Below the pieces are notes generated by a model, which saw only the letters and a list, made by a program, of their open reading frames with translations, did no database searches and was not told where the DNA came from. The translations under genes were made by a program, and so were the position numbers. Positions 63,969 to 64,000 of a DNA stretch of 64,000 nt are shown here, in pieces. Numbering within the stretch: the first letter of the stretch is position 1; each line of letters begins with the position of its first letter. Origin of the DNA: Yuukianura sp. NJ FZ-2021. Lineage: Eukaryota. Where the stretch lies: the NCBI GenBank assembly GCA_046563655.1, contig CM102290.1, forward strand, positions 3,720,001-3,784,000. Direction: 5' to 3'.

Positions 63969-64000
63969 ATTTCACTTGCTACGTGGGGTAAGCAAGACAT

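Overview
Eukaryotic, gene-dense, AT-rich animal genomic DNA with many short (about 55-100 nt) spliceosomal introns. The gene set and intron style point to an arthropod with a compact genome; a springtail is my guess and cannot be proven from this window. The first ~3.7 kb is a patchwork of a near-identical 571-bp tandem array whose unit holds two structured modules on opposite strands (candidate novel ncRNA gene array), a decayed WDR3 fragment and a ~215-bp degenerate repeat. The genes that follow are: a divergent CFAP20 paralogue, a secreted JHBP/takeout-like protein, neutral sphingomyelinase, a 120-aa minimal PPP1R15/GADD34-like gene possibly spliced into the Ptp10D leader, Ptp10D, an orphan membrane protein with a cluster of ecdysone-response-element-like IR1 palindromes in its 5' region, tan (peptidase C45), YTHDC1, ANKRD50, NDUFAF3, an SLC35A transporter, PGRMC/MSBP, an LPP/zyxin-type LIM protein, an EAAT/SLC1 transporter with a Tyr-to-Trp change at a K+-coupling site, Ssdp, CaMKK and the 5' part of SPPL3. 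Several MITEs and a palindromic ~318-bp satellite sit in introns and UTRs. All gene models were spliced by eye; CDS coordinates span first to last coding base and include introns.
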